The notes: generated from the letters alone by a model not told the origin. A stretch of DNA of 45,876 nt from Candidatus Hydrogenedentota bacterium (GCA_046583315.1 JAYGCN010000254.1:1-45876); one strand, 5' to 3'; counted from the stretch's first letter, positions 18,006-27,658 are shown. Numbers and translations are program-made.

Positions 18006-18922
18006 CCCAAACTCTCAATTCGTTCCCTGGGGCTGATGATTTCTGTTATGCGCAGCCCGAATTTTTCGTCCACCACAACCACATCCCCCCGGGCGATTAG
18101 TCGTCCATTGATCAATAATTCCACCGGCTCGTCCACCAAATGACCGACCTCAAGAATTGATCCCGGCCCCATATTCAGCACATCGCCGATCGGCATTTCT
18201 ATTTTACCCAGGCGTGCGGTGGCGGTTAGGTCTATCCCGAGAATCACGTCCAGATTCTCAGGAAGATTCTCCCCGGCATATCCGCCGGATTCTTGATCCG
18301 GTGTAAAGCCGCTGAGAATATCCTTCATTTCGTCATCGCTCACAAGTGCCTCGTCGGCCTCTTCGGGTGCTTCAGATGCGTTGGCAGGAACGCGCGACGC
18401 GAGTACATCGGAGGTCAATACATGGGATGTGCCTTCGAAGTGGGTATCGGCCGAGAATGTAAATAGCGAAGACATCGGACCATCTCCGTGCGAGGCCAAC
18501 AACTCTCCCGCGGCCGCGACTTCCCGGATCACCACCTCGTGGCTCTCGATTTCCAAGGGCTCGCCGACAAGCCCCGCAAGTTCAGCGAGTGCGCCGGAGA
18601 TCGCAATCCCGGCAATCTCTGTTAAGGTCTCAGTATCCGCATCACTCAGGGCGTCGCTTGCGGTGGCTTCGCCTGTACTCTTGAGCGAGGCTATTTTCGT
18701 GGCTTCTTCCATGGTAAACAAGAGTCCCAGTGTGCCGCCACCCGCCACGCGTGCTTCCATGGAAACGGTGTTCTCGGCCAAGAAACCGGCAAGAGCCTCC
18801 TCGTCAAGCGCATCGAAACTGCCGATTTCTGTGGAGAACGGGGTTGACAGTGCCGTCTCAAAAGCACTGGAGAGCCCCTTGAGAATACTGGTCATCAATG
18901 CTTGCGTCGCTTCTTCGTCCAT
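18002..18922 (-). CDS. fliY: Flagellar motor switch protein FliY (CheC-like domain fused to a FliN/SpoA domain)
   Basis: The C-terminal FliN domain reads LDVILGIDLTATARLGKIEMPIGDVLNMGPGSILEVGHLVDEPVELLINGRLIARGDVVVVDEKFGLRITEI. The N-terminal acidic CheC-like region is typical of FliY-type switches. Confidence 0.85.
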   Translation of the reverse strand: MDEEATQALMTSILKGLSSAFETALSTPFSTEIGSFDALDEEALAGFLAENTVSMEARVAGGGTLGLLFTMEEATKIASLKSTGEATASDALSDADTETLTEIAGIAISGALAELAGLVGEPLEIESHEVVIREVAAAGELLASHGDGPMSSLFTFSADTHFEGTSHVLTSDVLASRVPANASEAPEEADEALVSDDEMKDILSGFTPDQESGGYAGENLPENLDVILGIDLTATARLGKIEMPIGDVLNMGPGSILEVGHLVDEPVELLINGRLIARGDVVVVDEKFGLRITEIISPRERIESLG

Positions 18923-18936
18923 TTTTCACCCCTCGC

Positions 18937-19920
18937 TTAATCTTGAATCAATGAAATAATCTGCACCGAACTCTGTTCACCCTTCTTGCCGGGCAACCCG
19001 GTGAATCGAGGAACACCCCCCACGCGAATGTCGATAGGCATATTGTGCTTAGACCCCAATGTCACAACATCACCCACCTGCAATCGCGCCACATCTTCCA
19101 ACGACAACGTCGTTTGACCGAGAATCGGTTCAACGGCGATTTTGGAATTCACTACGCTGTGTGTCAATGCCGCACGCGTTTGCGACGCCACGGCCTTGCT
19201 CATTTCGCGCTGGAAATGCGTCTGGGAAGAAATCTGATCAAGAATCGGATTGAGCACCATCAGCGGGATGCATATATTCATCGAACCGACCGACTCGCCG
19301 ATGTAGATTTTGAAGCCGAGCAGAATGACCATCTCGCTACCCTCGACAATTTGTACAATCAGTGGATCGCTTTCCTGACCCACCACTTTCATGTCCATCT
19401 CGATAAGTTTTTCCCATGCACGTTTCCAGCTATCCAGAATCATCAGCACGATACGGTAAACGATACCTTCTTCAATTTCGGTCAACTCGCGCTGTTGTGA
19501 CAAGGCTACACCTTTGCCACCCAAAACGCGATCAACGATGGGGAAAACCATAGCCGGCCCCATCTCCAACACAGCGCGGCCTTCCAAAGGAGACATGTCA
19601 ATCGTGGACAGCGAGGTTGGACGCGCAACCGACAGGATAAATTCGTCATACGTAAGCTGATCGATGGAGACCAGGTCAATGCGAACCATCGTACGCAAGA
19701 AGGGAGGCAATATAATTCCGATTTCCCGCGTAAACGCCTCGAAGATACTTTGCAGCCCCTTGAGTTGCTCTTTGGAAACACGTTCGGGTCTGCGGAAATC
19801 GTAGGAGGTAAAGACCGGGCCCTCAGAAGCAACTGCGGCATCGACCGCCTCGTCGATATCGCCATCGGACACGGCCGAGAGCAATAGATCGACTTCTTCT
19901 TGACTTAGTATATCAGCCAT
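18937..19920 (-). CDS. fliM: Flagellar motor switch protein FliM
   Basis: The N-terminus has the MADILSQEEVDLLL CheY-P binding motif, followed by the FliM middle domain and a C-terminal SpoA-like segment (…VGDVVTLGSKHNMPIDIRVGGVPRF). Confidence 0.9.
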   Translation of the reverse strand: MADILSQEEVDLLLSAVSDGDIDEAVDAAVASEGPVFTSYDFRRPERVSKEQLKGLQSIFEAFTREIGIILPPFLRTMVRIDLVSIDQLTYDEFILSVARPTSLSTIDMSPLEGRAVLEMGPAMVFPIVDRVLGGKGVALSQQRELTEIEEGIVYRIVLMILDSWKRAWEKLIEMDMKVVGQESDPLIVQIVEGSEMVILLGFKIYIGESVGSMNICIPLMVLNPILDQISSQTHFQREMSKAVASQTRAALTHSVVNSKIAVEPILGQTTLSLEDVARLQVGDVVTLGSKHNMPIDIRVGGVPRFTGLPGKKGEQSSVQIISLIQD

Positions 19921-19985
19921 TCGACCAGGTCATCCTGTGGCAAAACACCCGTGTTTATTGACGTATTCGCAGATTGTGCAACTAG

Positions 19986-19994
19986 AGTATAGCA
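19986..19994 (-). promoter_or_regulatory. Possible extended -10 element (TGcTATACT on the minus strand) upstream of fliM
   Basis: The minus-strand sequence cttgTGcTATACTctag lies about 66-75 nt upstream of the fliM start. No convincing -35. Confidence 0.15.
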
Positions 19995-20053
19995 CAAGGG
20001 TTGACCGTCCTCAACAAGCCCCGTACCACGAATTCGGCGTTATTGATCGCGTA

Positions 20054-20905
20054 TCAAGACGTACCCATCAGTCGGTTCACGATACGTCGCAATCGGATAC
20101 CCACGTAGCTGTCCATCATTGAAAGGGCATCCAGATCACCCCGGACTTTCTGTTGAAAGGTCTCCATCGTGTCGCTCCGGTCGATCCAGATTCTCGGAAT
20201 TTCCCAGCGCGACGAAGAACTCGACACTGGACCGTAACGATTCGAAACCGCATAGGAATAGTTCGCCCGTCGAACACATTGCACGCTCACCGGGTCGTAA
20301 TCCATCGCAGAGCCGAATGGATAGGCAAAGGCTTCGATCGCTTCGCCAAGATGTTCTTCGAGCAAACGGGTCGAGTCAATAATTTCCGACTCCTGGGCTG
20401 CCTCGGACAAAGAGGAAAGCCTCGCATGATTCATCGTGTGCCCCCCTATCGTCACCCCCAACCCCTTCAATTCCAAAATCTCTTCCCACGTCATCAGCCG
20501 CGCATCCTCGGTAGGCAATTCGTGATCCAAAAATCCGCCCGCACGCCCCGGCACCACAAAGACCGTTGCGGGAAATGAATACGCATTCAAGATAGGAGCC
20601 GCGTTCGTCAGATTGTCCCGAAAACCATCGTCAAAGGTTATCGCGACTCCTTCTTTAGCCGCCACCGCATCGCCCAATGAAATCACCGTCGCGTTTTCCG
20701 AGAGCCACTGCATCTGCTCTTGAAACGATTCAGGGGTCACGTTCATTTCATGGTCACGCCTGCCGATGCTGTGGTAGGTCAGCACGCGCGTCTTGTGAGG
20801 CCCACTAACCGATACCGCATTCACCCCCCGAGCAACCGATTTACTGGCCGCTTTCAATGCCGACTTCAGTCGATTACGACTCATCGCATCGCTCCGACGA
20901 TTCAC
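20054..20905 (-). CDS. Polysaccharide deacetylase (NodB-homology, CE4 family)
   Basis: …VLTYHSIG…VAITFDDGFRDN…ATVFVVPG…GHTMNHARLS are the NodB-domain motifs, including TFDDG. It overlaps the upstream GT2 gene by 32 nt. Confidence 0.8.
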   Translation of the reverse strand: MNRRSDAMSRNRLKSALKAASKSVARGVNAVSVSGPHKTRVLTYHSIGRRDHEMNVTPESFQEQMQWLSENATVISLGDAVAAKEGVAITFDDGFRDNLTNAAPILNAYSFPATVFVVPGRAGGFLDHELPTEDARLMTWEEILELKGLGVTIGGHTMNHARLSSLSEAAQESEIIDSTRLLEEHLGEAIEAFAYPFGSAMDYDPVSVQCVRRANYSYAVSNRYGPVSSSSSRWEIPRIWIDRSDTMETFQQKVRGDLDALSMMDSYVGIRLRRIVNRLMGTS

Positions 20906-21764
20906 TTTCTTCCATCACGATTCGCCGATTGGTGCACCATCCCCAGCCATAACCCAAGGCATAAGAACAATACGCCGCGAAACGCATGAACTTGCCCGAT
21001 GCCAGAGCCATCAACAAGCGAAGTGGATAGCGCGCGATCCGATATCCTGGCGTCATCCGGGGCTGAAAATTATTTTCATGCAGGGACTCATGCGTTTCGT
21101 ACACCGTCTCCGGTTGAAAGCGCTGCGCATACGCCGCACCCTTGCCATTGCGGAAAAAAATCTTGAGTAATTTCCTCCAGCCATCAGGTAAAGGATGGTA
21201 GATTCGCGTGTTCGGTGCCAACACCACCCGATATCCCGCTTCCCGCAATCGCACACGCAGATCCGGGTCCAGTCCGCGCACAATGTCCTCACGCTCACGA
21301 CCAACGGAATTAAACACCTCGACTCGCATCGCGCAGCAACCGTGGCACGCGAAATCACTGTCCGTGACAACATCGACGACGGGCGTGTTGAATCTCGGGA
21401 ATTCCCCGGCGGCCTTTTGCTGAAATCTGGAGGATTCAGGCGGTGTTACGATGCTGGCACCCGCCATTCCAATAGATTTGTCCTCCTTCAGTATTTGGAC
21501 AAGTGTCTCGAAAACATGCTCGTCAGCCAGACGACTGTCGTCATCCAGCACAATCAAGATGTCCCCTACTGCCTGGTCGGCCCCCTGATTAATGGCCTTA
21601 CCCTGCGGAAATATCCCCTTCACCATACAGATCTCAAAGTCTGTATAGGTCTGCGCCGCAACACTTTCCAGCAAACCGGGCATACAACCGTCTCGATACC
21701 CGTCGCTGGACGGAATAATCACAGACACGGCGGGTCGAGAGTCTTTTTGAGAAGTGGATTGCAT
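20874..21764 (-). CDS. Family 2 glycosyltransferase (GT-A fold)
   Basis: PAVSVIIPSSDGY…LLESVAAQTYTDFEICMVKG…GDILIVLDDDSRL carries the GT2 N-terminal signature with a DDD motif. Start taken at MQSTSQ (21764); the ORF opens at 21860. Confidence 0.8.
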   Translation of the reverse strand: MQSTSQKDSRPAVSVIIPSSDGYRDGCMPGLLESVAAQTYTDFEICMVKGIFPQGKAINQGADQAVGDILIVLDDDSRLADEHVFETLVQILKEDKSIGMAGASIVTPPESSRFQQKAAGEFPRFNTPVVDVVTDSDFACHGCCAMRVEVFNSVGREREDIVRGLDPDLRVRLREAGYRVVLAPNTRIYHPLPDGWRKLLKIFFRNGKGAAYAQRFQPETVYETHESLHENNFQPRMTPGYRIARYPLRLLMALASGKFMRFAAYCSYALGYGWGWCTNRRIVMEESESSERCDES

Positions 21765-22093
21765 GACGAGACCCAATGTACCTAAAAAAGGGGCGTAATT
21801 CCATCCTATCGGACGAACAGCTCCAAGACCGGAGATCCCTTCGAAATTCAATAAAAGCAATTATAGATGAGTACACAACTATGTTGTGGAGAAGCGAAAG
21901 GAGCGTTCCTCAACGAAAATTATCCACAACACTAACAATTCGTCCTCAATCCCGTCCTCAAGATGGGTGGTAAAAGTATCATTGTGATAATAATGATGCT
22001 ATTTTAAGTGTTGAGTATATCGAACGTCTCCCTAGTTGGAGATTATTATTGGACTCAAACACAATATATAGATTTCGTTATAAAAAATCTTGC

Positions 22094-22135
22094 ATATATT
22101 GATAAGTACTGGTATCATCACGCTATATATTGATG
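22094..22135. promoter_or_regulatory. AT-rich intergenic region with a direct repeat TATATATTGAT(N18)TATATATTGAT; candidate operator/promoter region for the 22234 operon
   Basis: catATATATTGATaag at 22094-22105 and ctATATATTGATgg at 22123-22135. The surrounding roughly 190 bp (about 21990-22180) is around 30% GC, against about 57% for the window. Confidence 0.3.
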
Positions 22136-22233
22136 GTTTTTATCGATTTAGTAGCACATATTGTATGTAAAAAGTACTATACGTGCGCATGGATTCATGC
22201 TCCAATATCAGCACACTTAGGGTGGGGGAACAC

Positions 22234-23790
22234 ATGTCGAACAGAAGTCTACTTGTCAGGATTCCAGCCTTTCCCTTCACTATCGATGCGCTAAGGCCCA
22301 ACAGATTTCTTGCAACCCTTGCCGCACAACTTCTACATGAACAATGGATTACAACGATTTTGGATTACGGTACGGTGGAAGGATTGGAGCGTCTTGACCC
22401 GCAAGAGCCACGGACCGAATTGCATGCTGTCGCTTCGAAATCGACCTCGATTACATCGCTACTGAATCGCTGGCGAAAGACCGCCCACCCCCGGGAACAT
22501 TCGAATCGTCAACACCAGATGTGGGAATCGATTGGGCGGGAGATTATCGACAGAGGGGACTTGGGTTTCGTTGTTTTTGATGTTGCACGGCGCGACGATC
22601 AGGATGCGCTCAATGTGATCATTCCCATGATTCGTTATTACCGACCCTCACTTCCCATTATCGGAGTGGGCGATTTTTTTCGACTCGATGAGTCCCATCT
22701 GGTCGAAGGTGTGTCGCTTTTCGACTGCATCTATTGGGGCGATTGCGATGAGGGGTTCACGCGCTTCGTTTCAACATTGGACAGACCGGATGACTGGAAT
22801 GAGATTCCCTTCCTGGCGTATTCGGACTCGGTACGCATGGTCATTACGCGGGAATGTGACAGTACAGCCTGCGCGACTTTCGCCACACCGGATTATTCCC
22901 GATCCGTCTACCCGGCATTGTATGACGAAACGAAACTCCTTCTTTTCGACGTCGAGGAAGTCCGAATCAATGCTGACAATCGAGCAATCGCACTCAAATC
23001 CCCTGCCCAGCTAACCAATGAAGTAAACGCGATTATGAGAGATCACGGTAGTCGTGCGTTTCATTTGTTGGGCGCGATGAACGATTACCACCACGCCGAG
23101 GCACTGGCGTATGAGTTTCTGGCCCGTCGTCTGCACATTCGCTACACACGCGATTGCCACATCGCCTCAACGCCAACTTCTACGGTTACGGCACTTCGCT
23201 CATCAGGATGTTATGGGGCAAGTTTTCAAATAGACACGGGGAGTCAACGCCTTCTCGATCTCCATTACGATGCCGGTTTTACGGTGACGGAAGTGGAGCA
23301 GACATTGCGCGCGTGCCTGTTCTCCAACTTATACACCGTGATGCATTTTTCCTATCCCTGTATCGAGGATGATTATCACACAAAGGCCGAGACCCTGCGC
23401 GTGATCGAACGCGTAAAGCCGAACAGTGCCCCCTTCTCAATTCCTTCGCAGAATCATCAGCACAAGTCTGATTTGAAGCGTCGTTTCCGTGCCTTCTCCA
23501 AAACACGTAGCGTGTCCGATATTCGACATGAGCACAACGACGTGATCGAAGAAGTTGAACAGTGTGGGATTTCGACGCGCATCACGGCACCCATCGCACT
23601 TATGGCGGAACTTGCCGGGTTTCGCGGACAGGAAGAAGAGTTTCTTGAAGAAACATTATTTCAACTTATGACCGGGGACGCGATGGGTCTTCGAGCGATG
23701 CTGGGTATCCTGAACAAGAATGCGGCGCAACCAGACGGTGCTGTTCGTTTCAAGCCCTTCAGCACATACCGAGATGTGGTGGGCAATTGA
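22234..23790 (+). CDS. B12-binding-domain/radical-SAM-like protein with a degenerate Fe-S motif (CDSTACATF in place of CxxxCxxC)
   Basis: The N-terminus LLVRIPAFPF…LATLAAQLL…ITTILDYG and …VIIPMIRYYRPSLPIIGVGDFF…DCIYWGDCDEGF match the B12-binding domain pattern. MVITRECDSTACATFATP sits where class-B radical SAMs have SRGCP.xCsFC. A later segment, FQIDTGSQRLLDLHYDAGFTVTEVEQ, resembles the GiESGSqrvLk…K motif. Start taken at the ATG at 22234 with a GGGGGAA RBS; the ORF opens at 22183. Confidence 0.65.
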   Translation: MSNRSLLVRIPAFPFTIDALRPNRFLATLAAQLLHEQWITTILDYGTVEGLERLDPQEPRTELHAVASKSTSITSLLNRWRKTAHPREHSNRQHQMWESIGREIIDRGDLGFVVFDVARRDDQDALNVIIPMIRYYRPSLPIIGVGDFFRLDESHLVEGVSLFDCIYWGDCDEGFTRFVSTLDRPDDWNEIPFLAYSDSVRMVITRECDSTACATFATPDYSRSVYPALYDETKLLLFDVEEVRINADNRAIALKSPAQLTNEVNAIMRDHGSRAFHLLGAMNDYHHAEALAYEFLARRLHIRYTRDCHIASTPTSTVTALRSSGCYGASFQIDTGSQRLLDLHYDAGFTVTEVEQTLRACLFSNLYTVMHFSYPCIEDDYHTKAETLRVIERVKPNSAPFSIPSQNHQHKSDLKRRFRAFSKTRSVSDIRHEHNDVIEEVEQCGISTRITAPIALMAELAGFRGQEEEFLEETLFQLMTGDAMGLRAMLGILNKNAAQPDGAVRFKPFSTYRDVVGN

Positions 23791-23793
23791 CCG

Positions 23794-25044
23794 ATGCAAA
23801 ATGACTCTCTCAATATCGTCATCACCGGAATCGGCGTACTGGCTCCCAACGGAATCGGGCGTGCGGAATTCTGGGATGCCCTGGAAAACGGGCGCTCAGG
23901 CATTCGCTTGCTGGATCGCTTCGACCCACTTGATTTACCGTGCCGAATCGCGGGCCAAGTCTGGGATTTTGATCCCCATCAGTATCTATCCAAGGCCAAT
24001 GTTAAACGTTGGCATCGTGTAGTGCATCAATCCGTGGCAGCGACGAAATTGGCCATGGAGGATGCCCAATTTGACGATGCCGGATACGATCTCGAGCGAG
24101 TCGCCGTGGCCATCGGAAGCAGCGTCAGCGATCGCGATGAGGAATACGACCAAATTCGGGTCGCCATCGCCGAACACGGCTGGTCCGGCATTGAACAATT
24201 CTCGTCCAGCACCAATTCCGCACACGCATCCACCGCCAATGTCTGCGCTCAATACAAATTCCGCGGACCTGCCATCACCATCGGCTCCGGATGTGCGACA
24301 GGCCTCGATACAATCGCGTGGGGCACCAACCAGATTCGAAACGGCCACGCCGATGTTGCCATTGTCGGCGCATCCGAGAATCCGGTCACTTATCCCGTCA
24401 TGTGCTGTGCCCAGGCCATTGGGATCCTGTCCCAGAATAATGATGAACCCGACAAAGCCATGCGCCCCTTTGACCACGATGGAGACGGTCTCGTATTAAG
24501 TGAAGCAGCGGTGGTTCTAGTACTCGAACGCGCATCGACAGCCCGAAAGCGCAACGCCCCCATCTTCGCAGAAATTGCCGGTGGTGGCGCAGCTTCCGAA
24601 GGCGGAAACGCATTACTCCTAGAACGAAGCGGAGAAGCAGTATCCCGTGCGGTCTTGGGTGCCGTTCGAAATGCAGGCATGAACCCGCAAGACGTAGATT
24701 GTATTCAGGCGCACGGTGCTGGACTTAGCACCTACGACAAAGCTGAAGTCCAGGCCTACAGAACCGCGTTCGGCGCGCACGCCACACGAATCCCCATCTC
24801 TGCGGTCAAATCGATGACGGGCCAACCCTACTCGGTAGGAGGCCTGTTGGGGGTCGCAGGTGGATGCATGTCACTGACGACGGGCATCATTCCCCCCACC
24901 ATCAATTTCACCTCCCCGGCCGAAGGATGTGACCTGGATTTCGTGCCCAATGAGGCCCGGCTCAATGCCCCATCCAACGTACTGGTAACAGCCATGAGCT
25001 TTGGCGGCACACATTCCTCGCTCATGCTTCGTAAAGTGGCATAA
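23794..25044 (+). CDS. Beta-ketoacyl-ACP synthase, FabF/KAS II-like, with a Cys-His-Gln triad
   Basis: KAS fold motifs are present: the active-site Cys in ITIGSGCATGLD and the first His in DCIQAHGAGLS. The position of the second catalytic His reads KSMTGQPYSVGG. This is judged against my recollection of E. coli FabF (KSMTGHLLGAAG), with the same spacing to the PPTIN motif. The C-terminal …EGCDLDFVPNEAR… follows. The gene starts 4 nt after the upstream stop. Confidence 0.85.
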   Translation: MQNDSLNIVITGIGVLAPNGIGRAEFWDALENGRSGIRLLDRFDPLDLPCRIAGQVWDFDPHQYLSKANVKRWHRVVHQSVAATKLAMEDAQFDDAGYDLERVAVAIGSSVSDRDEEYDQIRVAIAEHGWSGIEQFSSSTNSAHASTANVCAQYKFRGPAITIGSGCATGLDTIAWGTNQIRNGHADVAIVGASENPVTYPVMCCAQAIGILSQNNDEPDKAMRPFDHDGDGLVLSEAAVVLVLERASTARKRNAPIFAEIAGGGAASEGGNALLLERSGEAVSRAVLGAVRNAGMNPQDVDCIQAHGAGLSTYDKAEVQAYRTAFGAHATRIPISAVKSMTGQPYSVGGLLGVAGGCMSLTTGIIPPTINFTSPAEGCDLDFVPNEARLNAPSNVLVTAMSFGGTHSSLMLRKVA

Positions 25045-25086
25045 CATATTCCGATTTATCGGGTAGACTATAGTTAATACAACACG

Positions 25087-27654
25087 GTGGTACAAAGTCG
25101 TATGGGACAAAACCTTCCATCCATAGTCAACATGCTGGTAGCTACAACGTGCCTGAGCCTGGGTATCGTTGTACTCGTGCGCAATCCCCGCAAATTGACC
25201 CATCAGGCTTTTGCGCTACTGACATTCAATCTGACGCTCTGGGCCATTGGTGTATTCGGCGTGGTTCAATCCACCTCCGTCGAAAGCGCGACAATTTGGA
25301 TTCATTTCGCCGAGGTCGCCTCGTGTTTCATACCCGCCACGCTCTACCACTTTGTCGGCTACTTTCCAAAAGGCAAATTCGATGGTAGCACGCGACTGCT
25401 CTCCGTATTGTACGGTCTCGCCATCGTTCTCTCACTGAATTCGCTCACGCCCAACTATATTTACAATGTCGAGTTGGTCGAAGGCGGTCTACCCAAGGCC
25501 CAACACCACGGTAGCATCCTGTTTTTTCTTATTACGGCCGTTTCATCCATTCTCGCCGTGCACCGTAATCTGCGCCGTAAATACAAAGATGCCCAAGGTT
25601 TTGAACGACGCCAGATTCAATTTGTGGTCACCGGTTGCTACACCGTGGCGTTTACCGCAGTACTCCTGATTCTTCTTGAGCAGCTATTCAAGATTCAGTC
25701 GATGCAGGCCTATGGACCAACCGGCATTCTTCTGCTCATCGTTCCCTTTGCCTATGCGATGGTACGGTACCACTTGCTCGACACGCGTGCCTTTCTCTCT
25801 CGTCTTGGTGTCTACATTGGTTCAATCAGCTTCGTCGTATTGACCATCATCGCAATCAACAACCTCGTCGACATTCTGCTACCAGACAACCCTGAAAATG
25901 CCTTCGTTGTGTCAGCGGTGCTCTCCGCCATCATCATCTCCCTTATCTTCCAAACCGTTTACACCGCAGCCGAATATTTTATCGAAGTAACCTTGTTGCG
26001 ACAGCGATACGACATTGACAAATTGTATCGGCGCATTGCCGAGCAAGCCGGTGAATCCTCCGATCTCGAGAAGTTACTTTCGTCCATTTCAAAAGACATC
26101 GAGGAAACCATCGGGGTCGATGTGGTCCGCGTACTCCTGCTCGATCAAGACGACCCGGATTTACTCACCACAGAATTTACGACCGTCTCCAATGAAGAGC
26201 CAATACGCACTCGCGAGCATCGCGTCCTGCTGGAATATTTTGCCCAACAACCCCGGCCGCTGATCCTCGAAAAGATTCTGCATCGACGTCTGGACGAACG
26301 CATGATTGTCGTCGCACGGCACCTGGCCGATCTGGATGCCTATTTCTGCATGCCATTGCATACGAACAAGGGCCTCATCGGCATCTTGACCATGGGCCAG
26401 AAACGCACCCATGACGTATACTCCGAAGAAGAATTGCTCGCCTTCCGCGCGCTCTCCGGTCCGCTGACCACAGCCATCACCAACGCATGGCTGTATCGTG
26501 AACTTGAGCGTGTTCACCGCCACCAGAGTAACGTTTTCGGTCAAATGCGTGAGGGCGTTGTGGCGGTTAACAATCTGGGTATCGTCACCTTGGTAAACCA
26601 GGCCGCATGCGATTTGGCCGGCACCATCGAACTTGACTCCGCCGTTAATGAGTTGCACTCCGAAGTGGGCGAACTATTGGGACGCACACTGGAACTGCAA
26701 GCGCCCATTCACGACTTCGAAACGACCATTGATGTGCCCGATAGCGGGACCCTCAACGTCTTGATGTCTTCCAGTTGCCTGCACGGCATCGACGGTGAAA
26801 TCGAAGGGGCTGTCGCGCTAATCTATGACCTATCCCAGATTAAAAGCCTCGAAGCAAACGTTCAACGTGCCGATCGCTTATCCTCCATCGGTACGCTCGC
26901 CGCCGGGATGGCCCATGAGATCAAGAATCCGCTGGTCTCCATCAAAACCTTCACGCAGCTCCTGCTTGAGCGCTACTCAGACCCCGATTTCAGAACGACC
27001 TTCCACGAAGTGGTGCCCCACGAAGTGGAGCGTATCGACACCATCGTGACACGCCTGCTGGATTTTGCACGACCCCGTCCCGTTCGATTCGAGCCGCAGA
27101 ATATTCGTATCATCATTGACGAAGTACTCGCGCTGGTGGACAACCAAACGCGGCGTGCGGACATTGAAGTGCAGTTCACGCATCCCGATGAGGATATCGC
27201 AGTTTACGGCGACGAACAACAGTTGCATCAAGTTTTCCTGAATCTCGTAATGAATTCCATCGACGCGATAGAAGAGAAAAAGTCCGGCACATTGAGCATC
27301 AATATCGCCAAAGGCTTTATCACGCCCAACGACGGAAGACCAGGCTCGGTATTCGATACGCAACCCTCAGTAATCGTGACACTGTCCGACACAGGCTGCG
27401 GTATCGCGGCCAAACTACTGCAGGAACTTTTCACTCCATTCTTCACAACGAAAGATGATGGTTGCGGACTGGGTTTGGCCGTCGTTCATGGTATTATAGG
27501 CGAACACGGTGGCACCATTGATGTCTCCAGTGTATTGGGCGAAAGCACAACGATGCGCGTTTCGTTACCCAAAGCAGAACGTATCGAAGTAAATTCGACC
27601 GTCGAGGACGAAGTTGCTCTTCGCGACGCAACAGCAAAGTTCCTCAAGGATTAA
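25087..27654 (+). CDS. Sensor histidine kinase with a multi-helix N-terminal membrane domain, GAF/PAS regions, HisKA and HATPase_c
   Basis: About 8 hydrophobic helices at the N-terminus. The H-box reads LSSIGTLAAGMAHEIKNPLVSIKTFTQLL. The N/G boxes read …NLVMNSIDA…DTGCGI…GCGLGLAVVHGIIGEHGGTI. Confidence 0.85.
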   Translation: MVQSRMGQNLPSIVNMLVATTCLSLGIVVLVRNPRKLTHQAFALLTFNLTLWAIGVFGVVQSTSVESATIWIHFAEVASCFIPATLYHFVGYFPKGKFDGSTRLLSVLYGLAIVLSLNSLTPNYIYNVELVEGGLPKAQHHGSILFFLITAVSSILAVHRNLRRKYKDAQGFERRQIQFVVTGCYTVAFTAVLLILLEQLFKIQSMQAYGPTGILLLIVPFAYAMVRYHLLDTRAFLSRLGVYIGSISFVVLTIIAINNLVDILLPDNPENAFVVSAVLSAIIISLIFQTVYTAAEYFIEVTLLRQRYDIDKLYRRIAEQAGESSDLEKLLSSISKDIEETIGVDVVRVLLLDQDDPDLLTTEFTTVSNEEPIRTREHRVLLEYFAQQPRPLILEKILHRRLDERMIVVARHLADLDAYFCMPLHTNKGLIGILTMGQKRTHDVYSEEELLAFRALSGPLTTAITNAWLYRELERVHRHQSNVFGQMREGVVAVNNLGIVTLVNQAACDLAGTIELDSAVNELHSEVGELLGRTLELQAPIHDFETTIDVPDSGTLNVLMSSSCLHGIDGEIEGAVALIYDLSQIKSLEANVQRADRLSSIGTLAAGMAHEIKNPLVSIKTFTQLLLERYSDPDFRTTFHEVVPHEVERIDTIVTRLLDFARPRPVRFEPQNIRIIIDEVLALVDNQTRRADIEVQFTHPDEDIAVYGDEQQLHQVFLNLVMNSIDAIEEKKSGTLSINIAKGFITPNDGRPGSVFDTQPSVIVTLSDTGCGIAAKLLQELFTPFFTTKDDGCGLGLAVVHGIIGEHGGTIDVSSVLGESTTMRVSLPKAERIEVNSTVEDEVALRDATAKFLKD

Positions 27655-27658
27655 CCAA

